64,000 nt of DNA from an uncultured Bacillales bacterium (GTDB lineage Bacteria; Bacillota_I; Bacilli_A; RF39; UBA660). The stretch spans positions 87,175 through 151,174 of the forward strand of contig CAMNCL010000001.1 of assembly GCA_946534345.1 (NCBI GenBank), read 5' to 3'. Under the pieces are notes generated by a model, which was given only the letters and a program-made list of their open reading frames with translations, was not told the DNA's origin and searched no databases. Each line of letters begins with the position of its first letter. Within the stretch, counting starts at the first letter, position 1. Positions 1 through 9,739 of this stretch are shown here, piece after piece. Made by a program: the position numbers and the translations under genes.

Positions 1-749
1 CTGCTTTAGCTAAGAGTAGTAATGTATATCAATTTAAAACAGCTATTAGAGTTAATGGACAAGAATACTTTTATAATATGAAACTTAATTTCAATCAAAA
101 GTCTTTTGATATTTATCGTAATATGTATCGTTCTTTTGGATTGGGTACTAAAACAGGTATAGATTTACCAGTTGAAAGTAGTGGTTATACTTCTAAAGAC
201 AAAGCAGCTGGTAATTTATTAGACTATGTAATAGGTCAATATGAAACATATACTCCTATTCAGTTATCTCAGTATATTTCAACTATTGCTAATGGAGGAG
301 AGAGACTAGAACCACATCTTTTAAAAGAAGTTCATGCATCTAGTGAAAATGAAAATATAGGTAAATTAGAGAAAAAAGTAGATGTCAAAGTATTAAATAA
401 AATAGATACTAAACCAGAATATATGAATAGAGTTAGAGAAGGCTTTATTGCAGTACTTAATTCTCCTGGAGGATATGGAGTAGGTTATATGAATAGTGAT
501 ATGAAACCTGCAGGTAAGACTGGTACTTCTCAAAGTTTTATTGATACTGATAATGATGGAAGAATAGATACTGAGACAATAACTAGTTCATTTATAGGAT
601 ATGCTCCATATGATAATCCTAAGATGAGTATTATGGTTACTTCACCAGATTCTTCTCATCCTAATTCAACAACTGATCATGCATCACTAGTTACTTATAG
701 AATTACAAGAGAAATAACTAGTAAATATAGTGAAATGTATGGTTATTAG
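1..749 (+). CDS. Penicillin-binding protein (transpeptidase) C-terminal fragment; 5' end lies upstream of the window
   Basis: Open frame from nt 3 in the same frame as ORF 78..749 with no stop. KTG(T) motif 'PAGKTGTSQ' typical of the PBP transpeptidase domain. Confidence 0.75.
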   Translation, partial: ALAKSSNVYQFKTAIRVNGQEYFYNMKLNFNQKSFDIYRNMYRSFGLGTKTGIDLPVESSGYTSKDKAAGNLLDYVIGQYETYTPIQLSQYISTIANGGERLEPHLLKEVHASSENENIGKLEKKVDVKVLNKIDTKPEYMNRVREGFIAVLNSPGGYGVGYMNSDMKPAGKTGTSQSFIDTDNDGRIDTETITSSFIGYAPYDNPKMSIMVTSPDSSHPNSTTDHASLVTYRITREITSKYSEMYGY

Positions 750-805
750 TTGCTTAAATTAAAAAAGTAGTGTATAATACCGATAGACGTGAAGGAGGGA
801 TAAAA

Positions 806-970
806 ATGGCTAAGGTCGGAAATAGACAATATAAAACTCTAGTATGTAGTGAATGTAAAGAAGAAAATTATAGAGAACCAAGAAATGTAAGAAATACAAC
901 AGAACGTCTTGAAATGAATAAATACTGTCCTAAATGTAGAAAACACACTGTACATAAGGAAAAGAAATAA
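806..970 (+). CDS. rpmG: 50S ribosomal protein L33
   Basis: 'MAKVGNRQYKTLVCSECKEENY...CPKCRKHTVHKE' is an L33 signature with a CxxC..CxxC zinc ribbon. GGAGG RBS 8 nt upstream of the ATG at 806. The 770 start in the ORF track is likely too far upstream. Confidence 0.9.
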   Translation: MAKVGNRQYKTLVCSECKEENYREPRNVRNTTERLEMNKYCPKCRKHTVHKEKK

Positions 971-1018
971 AATAAGAAAATAAGCTAATAACTTATTTTT
1001 TAATTTAGGAGTGAGAGA

Positions 1019-1576
1019 ATGATAAGTACAAATGATTTAAAAAATGGTATTACTATTGAATATGAAGGAAATATTTATGTAGTAATGGAAACTCAACATG
1101 TTAAACCTGGTAAAGGAGCAGCTATTGTTAAAGCAAAATTAAAGAATTTAAGAACTGGTTCAATTATTGAACAAACTTTTAATGCTGGAGTAAAAGTAGC
1201 TACTGCTAGAATTGAAAAGCAATTAATGCAATATTTATATAATATGAATGATGTATATTATTTTATGAATATGGAAAGTTATGAACAATTAGAAATTCCT
1301 GCAGAAAAAATTGCTGATCAAGCAAAACTATTAAAAGAAAATCTAGAAGTATATATTACTAGCTATGAAGGAGAAATACTAGGTGTTGCTTTACCTGATA
1401 AAGTAGAATTAGTAGTAACTCATACAGAACCTGCTGTTAAAGGAAATACTACTCAAAATGCTTTAAAAGATGCAACTGTTGAAACAGGATTATTAGTAAG
1501 AGTACCTTTATTTATTGAAGAAGGAGAAACTATAATTGTTTCTACTGCAGATGGGAAGTATGTATCAAGAGCGTAA
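1019..1576 (+). CDS. efp: Elongation factor P
   Basis: 'MISTNDLKNGITIEYEGNIYVV...KPGKGAAIVKAKLKNL' is the canonical EF-P N-terminus with the KPGKG loop. 185 aa. Confidence 0.95.
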   Translation: MISTNDLKNGITIEYEGNIYVVMETQHVKPGKGAAIVKAKLKNLRTGSIIEQTFNAGVKVATARIEKQLMQYLYNMNDVYYFMNMESYEQLEIPAEKIADQAKLLKENLEVYITSYEGEILGVALPDKVELVVTHTEPAVKGNTTQNALKDATVETGLLVRVPLFIEEGETIIVSTADGKYVSRA

Positions 1577-1640
1577 AGCTCTTTTTTTTATTATTGAAAG
1601 TATTATTAAATCTATCTATAATTATTATAGAGGTGGTATT

Positions 1641-2126
1641 GTGAAAAGAGAAGGTTTAAGAGTTAGTTTGGTAGTAATAATAATTGGTATTGCAGCTACA
1701 GTTTTACCAATAATTAGTGTTCTTAAAGACGATACTGTTCCTAATGAATTGGCACCATTAACTACATTACCTGGATTGTTTTTTCTAGGAGTTGGTATTT
1801 GGATGTTTAATGAAGAAAATAAAGCAATAAAAAAATATAATAAGATACAATCATCTCCCGTAATTATTAAGACAAAATTTAAAGAAATTAGAGAACATTA
1901 TGATCGTGATACTGGATCTGATTATTATATAATTACGTCATGGGTTAATCCTGATGATAGAAAAATATATTTTTTTAAAAGCGATAATGTTGTATATGAT
2001 TATACTGAAGCAATTAAAAAGAATGGTATAACAGAATTTACAGTTAACTATGAAGCTGGTAATATAGAGAATTATAAGGTTGATACTAGTATATTAAAGG
2101 AGATTAATCATGAACAAAGCGAATAG
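1641..2126 (+). CDS. Hypothetical membrane protein
   Basis: GTG at 1641 preceded by 'agaggtgg' RBS. Two predicted TM helices. The longer ORF start at 1536 overlaps efp and is less likely. Confidence 0.45.
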   Translation: MKREGLRVSLVVIIIGIAATVLPIISVLKDDTVPNELAPLTTLPGLFFLGVGIWMFNEENKAIKKYNKIQSSPVIIKTKFKEIREHYDRDTGSDYYIITSWVNPDDRKIYFFKSDNVVYDYTEAIKKNGITEFTVNYEAGNIENYKVDTSILKEINHEQSE

Positions 2127-2613
2127 TTCTTTCAATAAGAAAAAGCAAGAGATTATAGTTGCTACAATTATAAGTATAATTCTTATAGTTTTTGGAGCCT
2201 TTTTTTTATATTTATATTTACTAATAAATTCCCGTGATGGGGATGGTTACTTAGCTATGATGATTTCATGCTCTGCAATTGGAATAATTACATTAATATT
2301 GAACTTAAAAGGTTTATTAAAGATGAATAATGAAAAAAAGAAATTGGAAGTTCTTAAAAATACAGGAACAATAATACAAGCAAAAATAATAGATGAAAAA
2401 CATAGCTTTTTAGAAAATAATCAATTAATTTGTAATGGTGAAATTAATGGTACTTCATATGAGTTTATTAGTTCAACTGTTCCTAGGTATTCTTTATATG
2501 CCTGTAAAGAATTAGGTATTGAAGAATTACCAGTATATGTTAATATGCAAAATCCTAAAGAATATGCTGTGGATGCAAGAGAAGTAGAAGATAGAATAGT
2601 TGACTTAACATAA
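2110..2613 (+). CDS. Hypothetical membrane protein
   Basis: ORF with two TM helices near the N-terminus. No recognisable motif. Confidence 0.45.
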   Translation: MNKANSSFNKKKQEIIVATIISIILIVFGAFFLYLYLLINSRDGDGYLAMMISCSAIGIITLILNLKGLLKMNNEKKKLEVLKNTGTIIQAKIIDEKHSFLENNQLICNGEINGTSYEFISSTVPRYSLYACKELGIEELPVYVNMQNPKEYAVDAREVEDRIVDLT

Positions 2614-2692
2614 ATAATGTAAATTTATTGTAAATGTTTAATTGTTTTACACTTTTTATAGTATAATATAGTTAGGAAGATAGGAGAAATAT

Positions 2693-4918
2693 ATGGCAAA
2701 GAGAAGAAGAAGAAAAAGAAAAAATACTTTTGAAATGTCTGCAAGTTTATATGCTATATTATTTATAATACTAGCTATTTTAGGTTTGGGTAAATTAGGA
2801 CCTGCTGGTAGAATAATAGCTTTTTGTAGTATGAGTTTAACTGGTTCTTTGTATATGGCTTTCTTAGCTATATTATTAATATTAGGAATATATGTTTTAT
2901 TTAAAGGTGAATGGCCAGACTTTTTCTCTAGTAAAATGTTTGGAATATATTTATTAGTACTTGGAGTACTTACTTTTACGCATTGGAGTATAGTATCTAA
3001 TGCTAGTAATACAGATGCTATATTTAAAATAACTTTAGATCAATTACAATTAGGTTTTAAAGATATGATGGCTAATGGTACTATTGGAGAAAATATTACT
3101 TTAGGTGGAGGATTAATTGGAGGAGTATTTTCATTAACTTTTACTAAATTATTCTCATATTTAGGAATGCAAATAGTCACAATAGTATTTATAGTTGGAG
3201 GAGTATGCTTATTTACTGGATTCTCTATTGTAGAATTCATTAAGAATAGAGTTGAAGATATTGAAGAATCTAAAGCTAATCGTAAAACAGCATCTGAAGA
3301 AGATGAACATCCTAGTAAGAAAGTTAAGATTAGTAATGGTAATGAAATGGAAGAAGTGGAAAAGCCAGTTGTTAAAAGAGAAGATGTTATGAAAACATCT
3401 AATCAAGCAGTAGAAGAAGAAAAGGGAACACCTAGTCAAAACTCTGTTATTAATCCTAGTTATCAATTACCTTCACTTGATTTATTAAATAAACCTAGTA
3501 ATAAAAATACAACTACTGATAATGCTGCAATAGAGGCAAATATTGAGAAATTAGAAAAAGTATTAAAGAGTTTTGGAGTAGAGGCAAAAGTAGTAGAAGT
3601 TCATGTTGGTCCTACTGTAGCTCAATATGAATTAGAAATAGCTAGTGGTACTAGAGTTAATAAAATTACTACTTTGAGTAGGGAAATAGCCTTAGCTTTA
3701 TCAAAGAAAGATGTACGTATTGAAGCGCCTATTCCTGGTAAGAGTACTGTAGGTGTTGAGTTTGCAAATGATAAACCATTACCAGTTAGTTTCTATGAAA
3801 TAATGGCTAGTCGTACAATGCAAGCAGCTAAGGATAAGAAATTAATGGTACCTTTAGGTAAATCTATAATGGGAGAAATTGGTGTTTGTGAAATTAATAA
3901 AATGCCACACTTACTTATCGCTGGTACTACTGGTTCAGGTAAATCAGTATGTGTTAATGGTATTATTTGTTCTATATTAATGAGAGCTAAACCAGATGAA
4001 GTAAAACTAGCCATGATTGATCCTAAAGTAGTTGAGTTATCAGTATATAATGGAATACCACATTTAATGTGTCCTGTTGTATCTGATCCTAAACAAGCAG
4101 CAGTATTACTTCAAAAAATGGTAGCTGAAATGGAAAAGAGATATCAAATGTTTGCTAGTTCGGGTACTAAAAAGATTGAAGGATACAATGAATATGTAGA
4201 AAAATATAATAAGAAACATAGTGATGATCCATTACCAAAAATGCCATATGTAGTAATTATTATTGATGAGTTATCTGATTTAATGATGGTAGCTGCTAAA
4301 GAAGTTGAAGATTCGATTCTACGTATTACGCAAAAAGCAAGAGCTGCAGGAATACACTTAATAGTTGCTACTCAAAGACCATCAACGGAAGTTATTACTG
4401 GATTGATTAAGGCTAATATTCCGTCCCGTATTGCATTCGCAGTAGGTAGTGGTATAGATTCTAGAACTATTCTAGATCAAGTTGGTGCTGAAAAACTATT
4501 AGGTAAAGGTGATATGTTCTTCTTACCAATTGGTATGAATTCACCAATTCGTATTCAAGGATCATTTATTACTGATGGAGAAATTCAAAAAATAATTGAT
4601 TTTACTAAGAATCAACAAGCTGCTTCATATGATGATTCTCTAATGAAATTAGATGAAGTAAAAACTGATAGTAAAGGTGATAATGACAGTGTTGGCGGAG
4701 GCAATGGTGGAGATGAACTATATGATGAAATTGTAGATTTCGTTGTTAAGTCTGGTAAAGCTTCTGCATCACTATTACAAAGAAAGTTTAAAATTGGCTA
4801 TAATAAAGCTGCCACTATGATAGATTTATTAGAAGAAAATGGTATTATTGGACCAGCTACTGGTAATTCTAAACCACGTGAAGTTTTAGTACAATTTAGT
4901 GAAAATGAAGAAGAATAG
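2693..4918 (+). CDS. ftsK: DNA translocase FtsK/SpoIIIE
   Basis: N-terminal 4-TM region, linker, motor domain with Walker A 'GTTGSGKS' and 'VIIIDELSDLMM' Walker B. C-terminal gamma winged-helix 'LLQRKFKIGYNKAATMIDLLEENGIIGP'. Confidence 0.9.
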   Translation: MAKRRRRKRKNTFEMSASLYAILFIILAILGLGKLGPAGRIIAFCSMSLTGSLYMAFLAILLILGIYVLFKGEWPDFFSSKMFGIYLLVLGVLTFTHWSIVSNASNTDAIFKITLDQLQLGFKDMMANGTIGENITLGGGLIGGVFSLTFTKLFSYLGMQIVTIVFIVGGVCLFTGFSIVEFIKNRVEDIEESKANRKTASEEDEHPSKKVKISNGNEMEEVEKPVVKREDVMKTSNQAVEEEKGTPSQNSVINPSYQLPSLDLLNKPSNKNTTTDNAAIEANIEKLEKVLKSFGVEAKVVEVHVGPTVAQYELEIASGTRVNKITTLSREIALALSKKDVRIEAPIPGKSTVGVEFANDKPLPVSFYEIMASRTMQAAKDKKLMVPLGKSIMGEIGVCEINKMPHLLIAGTTGSGKSVCVNGIICSILMRAKPDEVKLAMIDPKVVELSVYNGIPHLMCPVVSDPKQAAVLLQKMVAEMEKRYQMFASSGTKKIEGYNEYVEKYNKKHSDDPLPKMPYVVIIIDELSDLMMVAAKEVEDSILRITQKARAAGIHLIVATQRPSTEVITGLIKANIPSRIAFAVGSGIDSRTILDQVGAEKLLGKGDMFFLPIGMNSPIRIQGSFITDGEIQKIIDFTKNQQAASYDDSLMKLDEVKTDSKGDNDSVGGGNGGDELYDEIVDFVVKSGKASASLLQRKFKIGYNKAATMIDLLEENGIIGPATGNSKPREVLVQFSENEEE

Positions 4919-4959
4919 AGAAATGATTATCATTTCTCTTTAACTAAATGAGGTGTCTT

Positions 4960-6192
4960 ATGAAAATATTATTTGTTAATCATTTTCCACTTACTGGTTC
5001 TGGAAGTGGAGTATATACTTTAAATTTAGCTAAATCTTTAATGAAGAGAGGGCATGAATGTGCGGTTGTTTTCCCGGAAAATAGACGTGAGTATGAAAAG
5101 TTTCCAGGAATTAAATTATATCCAGTTTTCTTTAAAAATGAAGATAAAATAGAGGGTCAATTGGATTTTAATTTTCCTTGTTTTAGTACTCATCCTAGAA
5201 GTGATTTTAACTTTATGGATATGACTAAAAAGGAAAGGTCTGCATATCAGGAAGCATTCTATCGTAAGACATTTGAAGCAGTATATGATTTTAATCCTGA
5301 TATAATACATGGGCAACATTTATGGACTTTATCTGGTATTAGTTGTACTTTAGGAGAAATATATAGATTACCATTAATTGTTACTTGTCATGGTACAGAT
5401 ATTATTGGGATTAATAATGAAAGAGAAAAGAATATTAATTGGGGTACTGAATGGGCTCATGAAGCTTTTGAATACGCTAGTAGTGTAATTGCTATTTCTA
5501 CTGATAATTTAAAATTATTAACTAAAGAATTTGGTAAAAGTAAAAAAGTTAAGTTAATAAAAAATGGTATTAATACTGATATATTTTATAGAGATAGTAA
5601 CCTAAGTAGAGAAGAAGTTTTAAAAGAATATGGTATTGAAAATAACTGTGATAATGTTATTAGCTATGTAGGTAAACTTACTGAGATTAAAGGTGTTGAT
5701 ACATTGCTTGATGCTTTGGCAATTAATAATGATGATAATCTAATGACTTTAATTGTTGGAGATGGTGAATTAAGAGATGAATTAGAAGGAAAAGCTAAGT
5801 TATATGGTTTAAAAAATGTTCATTTCTTAGGTAATCTTCCTCAAGATGAATTACAAAAAATATATAATATTGTGGATTGTTCTATTGTTCCATCTAGAAA
5901 AGAAGCTTTTGGCTTAGTAGCGGCTGAAGCACTAGCTTGTGGGGCTCCTGTAATCGTATCTAACATTGGTGGATTAACAGAAATAGTAAGTGATGATTTG
6001 GGATTAGTTTTCAAAGTTAATGATTCTAAAGACTTAGCTTCTAAAATAAATGAAGTATTAAGTAAAGAAAAAACATTTAATAAGAATCATTTATGTTCAG
6101 TAATAAAAAATAATTATTCACAAGATAAAATAATATCTGATATAGAAGATATTTATAATGAAGCAATTAAAAAGAATATTAAGACTAAATAA
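4960..6192 (+). CDS. GT4-family glycosyltransferase
   Basis: 'EAFGLVAAEALACGAPVIVSNIGGL' matches the GT4 E-x7-E region. ATG at 4960 sits behind a 'gaggtg' RBS. Confidence 0.75.
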   Translation: MKILFVNHFPLTGSGSGVYTLNLAKSLMKRGHECAVVFPENRREYEKFPGIKLYPVFFKNEDKIEGQLDFNFPCFSTHPRSDFNFMDMTKKERSAYQEAFYRKTFEAVYDFNPDIIHGQHLWTLSGISCTLGEIYRLPLIVTCHGTDIIGINNEREKNINWGTEWAHEAFEYASSVIAISTDNLKLLTKEFGKSKKVKLIKNGINTDIFYRDSNLSREEVLKEYGIENNCDNVISYVGKLTEIKGVDTLLDALAINNDDNLMTLIVGDGELRDELEGKAKLYGLKNVHFLGNLPQDELQKIYNIVDCSIVPSRKEAFGLVAAEALACGAPVIVSNIGGLTEIVSDDLGLVFKVNDSKDLASKINEVLSKEKTFNKNHLCSVIKNNYSQDKIISDIEDIYNEAIKKNIKTK

Positions 6193-6276
6193 TTTTATTG
6201 CAAAAATCAAACTGTTTTATTAAAATCAAATTAAGGAAGATAGCCTTTTTCTACAGACGAATTCCTTTTGGATTTC

Positions 6277-6305
6277 ATCTGGGGTCTAAACCCAGATGTT
6301 TTTTA
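6277..6305 (+). terminator. Rho-independent terminator
   Basis: Hairpin 'catctggggtctaaacccagatg' followed by a T6 run. Confidence 0.7.
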
Positions 6306-6332
6306 TTTGAATATTATAATTAGAAAATATTA

Positions 6333-6359
6333 AGCAGTAAAAATTTTACTGCTTTTTTA
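6333..6359 (+). terminator. Second tandem rho-independent terminator
   Basis: Hairpin 'agcagtaaaaattttactgct' followed by 'ttttt'. Confidence 0.65.
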
Positions 6360-6403
6360 TTATTGTTATTTTTGATATAATAAATAAGAAAGAAGGTATG
6401 AAT

Positions 6404-7117
6404 ATGGCTACACCTCATATTGAGAGTAAAAAGGGAGATATTGCGAAAGTAGTTTTAATGCCAGGTGATCCCTTAAGAGCAAAATATATTGCGGAGAATT
6501 TTTTAGAAGATGCAAAACTTATTAATACAGTGCGTAATATGTATGGATATACTGGTAAATATAAAAATAGAAGAGTAACTGTATTTGCTAGTGGAATGGG
6601 CATTCCAAGTATTGGTATATATGCTTATGAATTATATAAGTTTTATGATGTTGAAAAAATAATTAGAATTGGTACTAGTGGTTCATTTAATGAAGATGTT
6701 AAATTACTAGATGTAGTATTATCAACAGGAGCTTATTGTAAGAGCTATTTTGATGAATTATTAGATGGAGTAGATGTTGATTTTATTCAGTCATCTGCTG
6801 AGTTAAATAGAGAAATAATGAATGCTGCTAAAAAGAATAATACTGATTTAAAAGTTGGTAAAACTATTACTAGTGATGTTTTTGATTTATATTGTGATGA
6901 TGAAAATAAATTCAGAAATACATTTCCAGATATGAGTTTTTTAGCTGTAGAAATGGAAGCATTTGGCTTGTTCTATGTAGCTAAAAAATTAGGTCGTGAA
7001 GCAACTGCTTTAATGACTGTAGTTGATTCATTATATGATAAGAGAAGTTTATCTAGTGAAGATAGAGAAAAATCTTTAAATGATATGATTGAATTAGCTT
7101 TAGAATCTATAATCTAA
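6404..7117 (+). CDS. deoD: Purine nucleoside phosphorylase, DeoD type
   Basis: 'MATPHIESKKGDIAKVVLMPGDPLRAKYIAENFLEDAKLIN' is nearly identical in pattern to the E. coli DeoD N-terminus. Confidence 0.9.
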   Translation: MATPHIESKKGDIAKVVLMPGDPLRAKYIAENFLEDAKLINTVRNMYGYTGKYKNRRVTVFASGMGIPSIGIYAYELYKFYDVEKIIRIGTSGSFNEDVKLLDVVLSTGAYCKSYFDELLDGVDVDFIQSSAELNREIMNAAKKNNTDLKVGKTITSDVFDLYCDDENKFRNTFPDMSFLAVEMEAFGLFYVAKKLGREATALMTVVDSLYDKRSLSSEDREKSLNDMIELALESII

Positions 7118-7152
7118 TAAAGAGGGGCAGATTATTAAACAGGAGGGAATTT

Positions 7153-8424
7153 ATGGATTATATTAGAAAAGATTTAGGATCTTTTAATTTACATATGATT
7201 AAAACAGAGAAGTTTAAAACAATTACTGTTAAAGTATTATTTCATACACCAATTATTAAAGAAGAAATTACTAAACGTAATGTTTTAGCAGACATTTTAC
7301 TTCAGTCTTCAAAGAAATATAAGACTAAAAGAGATTTGGTTATTGCGGCAGAAGACTTATATGCCGCAAGTATTAGTAATAGTAATAGAAGATTAGGTAA
7401 TTATATTTTAACTAGTTTTAACTTCCAAGTATTAATGGATAAATATACAGAAGAAGGTAATTTAGAAAAAGCTTTTTCTTTTTTTAGTGAGATATTATTA
7501 AATCCAGATATAAGTGATAATAAGTTTAAAAAAGAAAAATTAGATATTTCTAAGAATAATGCTTTAATGATACTTAATTCTATTAAGGAAAGTTCTTCTA
7601 GTTACAGTATGATTAAAATGTTAGAAGCTTATGATTCTAACAGTCCAGTATCATATAGATCTATTGGTTATTTAGAAGACTTAGATATGATTACTGAGAG
7701 TAGTTTATATGATGCATATCAAAAGATGATTAATAATGACTATGTAGATATCTTTGTAGTTGGTAATTTTGATAATAAAGAAATGCTTTCTTTGATTAAG
7801 AAATATTTTAAATTTAAAAGAATTAAAAAGAGAAAAGCAAGTTATTCTTTAAAAGAACATATTCCTCGTAAAAAGAGATTGTTTACTGGAGAAGAAATTA
7901 ATAATACTCAATCTAAACTCGCAATAGCTTGTCCAATGAATAAATTAACTGAATATGAAAAGAACTATCCTTTAGTATTAGCTAATTTAATATTTGGTGG
8001 GGGAGTAGAATCAAAACTATTTAAAAATGTTAGAGAAGAGAACTCTCTATGTTATACAATTAGATCTTCTATTAATAAATTAGATAATTTATTATTAATA
8101 GGTGCAGGTATAGATAGAGATAATTATGCAAAAACAGTTAATTTGATTACTAGAAATTTAAATGATTTAAAGAAGGGTAAATTTACTGATAGAGATATAG
8201 AAGTAGCTAAAGAGTTTTACTATACATCAATAGAAGAATTAGAAGAAGATGAATATCGTATTATTAATGAATTTTTAAATGAAGAATTATTAGGGTTACC
8301 TCCAATAGTTGAAAGATTAAAGAAGATGAATAAGGTAACTAAAAAAGAAATACTAAAGGTATATAAAAAGATTACTATGGATACAGTATTTTTATTGGAG
8401 GGGGTAAAGAATGAAGAAGATTAA
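7153..8424 (+). CDS. M16-family peptidase-like protein lacking the HxxEH motif (inactive partner subunit)
   Basis: Length and architecture fit the M16 family but no HxxEH. Overlaps the next M16 gene by 14 nt. Confidence 0.65.
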   Translation: MDYIRKDLGSFNLHMIKTEKFKTITVKVLFHTPIIKEEITKRNVLADILLQSSKKYKTKRDLVIAAEDLYAASISNSNRRLGNYILTSFNFQVLMDKYTEEGNLEKAFSFFSEILLNPDISDNKFKKEKLDISKNNALMILNSIKESSSSYSMIKMLEAYDSNSPVSYRSIGYLEDLDMITESSLYDAYQKMINNDYVDIFVVGNFDNKEMLSLIKKYFKFKRIKKRKASYSLKEHIPRKKRLFTGEEINNTQSKLAIACPMNKLTEYEKNYPLVLANLIFGGGVESKLFKNVREENSLCYTIRSSINKLDNLLLIGAGIDRDNYAKTVNLITRNLNDLKKGKFTDRDIEVAKEFYYTSIEELEEDEYRIINEFLNEELLGLPPIVERLKKMNKVTKKEILKVYKKITMDTVFLLEGVKNEED

Positions 8425-9673
8425 TCTAGATGGTTTAGATAGAGATTGTTTTATAGAAACCCTTGAGAATGGATTAGATATCTTTATGATACCTATGGTT
8501 GATAAAAAGAATTATTTTATTAGTTATGCTACTAGATTTGGTAGTGATATTATAGAGTTTAGTAGGGATAATAAGAAGTTTAAACCACCTCTTGGTATAG
8601 CTCATTTCCTAGAACATAAAATGTTTGAACAAGAAGATGGTATAGATCCATTTACTTATTTTTCTGAAAGTGGTACTGATTCTAATGCATCTACTTCTTT
8701 TGATAGTACACAGTATATTTGTTTTGGTACTAAGAATTTTAAAAGTAATTTAAAATATTTATTGAACTTTGTAAATGATCCATATTATACAGATGAAAAT
8801 GTTGAAAAAGAAAAAGGTATTATTGCTGAAGAAATAAATATGTATAAAGATATACCTGACTTTGAATTAGAAATGAAATTAAGAGAATGTATCTATCATA
8901 AACATCCTCGTAGAATAGATATTGCAGGTACAGTAGAAGAGATTAATAAGATTACTAAAGAAGATTTATATGACTGTTATAATAATTTCTATGTACCAAA
9001 TAATATGTTTATTTTAATAGTAGGTAATTTTTCTAAAGAAGAAGCTTTAAATATTATTAAAGAAGAATTAAAAGATAAGAAAAAAATAGATTTACCTACA
9101 GTAAAAGCTGTTGAAGAAAAAGAAAGTGTTAATAAGAAAGAATTATCTATTAAAGGTAATATAGAAGTACCTAAGGTAGCTTTAGGGTTAAAGATACCTA
9201 CAAAGGATTTAAAACTAAATGATGTAGAATTAGATTTATATCTTAATATGCTTTTTACATTATTATTTGGAGCTTCATCATTATTTAGAGAAAGAGTTAG
9301 ACAACAGAAATTACTATTAGGACTATCTACAGAAGTAGAAAGTATAGAAGCTTATAAAGTTTTCTATTTAATGGCTTCTACTCCTGATGCTGATAAGTTA
9401 ATTACAGAGATAAAGAATGTATTAGATAAGGTTAAATTAGATAGTGCTTCTTTTGAAAGAATTAAAAAAGTTTGGATCGCAAATGAAGTAAGAATTTATG
9501 ATAATGTAGAAATGGTTGTTAATAATAGTTATGATGATATTATTAAATATGGTGATATTATTCCTAATAGGATGGAATTAATTAGAAAAATGAAATATAA
9601 AAAACTAGAAGATTTAGTTAAGAATATTGATTTTAAAAACACTAGTATTGTTAAAATGAATCCTAATAAATAG
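8411..9673 (+). CDS. M16-family zinc peptidase (active subunit)
   Basis: Inverzincin motif 'GIAHFLEHKMFE' (HxxEH). GGAGGGGG RBS. Confidence 0.8.
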   Translation: MKKINLDGLDRDCFIETLENGLDIFMIPMVDKKNYFISYATRFGSDIIEFSRDNKKFKPPLGIAHFLEHKMFEQEDGIDPFTYFSESGTDSNASTSFDSTQYICFGTKNFKSNLKYLLNFVNDPYYTDENVEKEKGIIAEEINMYKDIPDFELEMKLRECIYHKHPRRIDIAGTVEEINKITKEDLYDCYNNFYVPNNMFILIVGNFSKEEALNIIKEELKDKKKIDLPTVKAVEEKESVNKKELSIKGNIEVPKVALGLKIPTKDLKLNDVELDLYLNMLFTLLFGASSLFRERVRQQKLLLGLSTEVESIEAYKVFYLMASTPDADKLITEIKNVLDKVKLDSASFERIKKVWIANEVRIYDNVEMVVNNSYDDIIKYGDIIPNRMELIRKMKYKKLEDLVKNIDFKNTSIVKMNPNK

Positions 9674-9739
9674 AAATACAAAAAGGTATTTCTTTTTTTC
9701 TTAATTTATTGTAAAATTAAATAGAATAGAGGTGAATCT

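Noticed and set aside
770-805. Longer rpmG start at 770 as given in the ORF track
   Set aside because: The L33 family begins at 'MAKVGNRQ'; a GGAGG RBS sits just before the ATG at 806, and 770 lies within the -10 element 'tgtataat'.
3040-4014. Three minus-strand ORFs (3040..3240, 3209..3466, 3793..4014) inside ftsK
   Set aside because: Antisense to a strongly supported ftsK reading frame. Low-complexity translations with no RBS; artefacts of AT-rich sequence.
2693-4918. Possibility that the FtsK-like gene is the T7SS ATPase EssC/YukB, given the nearby T7SS-like cassette
   Set aside because: It has the FtsK architecture (4 N-terminal TM helices, a single motor domain, C-terminal gamma KOPS-binding winged helix). 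The 741-aa length is far short of EssC (about 1500 aa with three P-loop domains, not one), and it sits in conserved ftsK synteny before the M16 pair.
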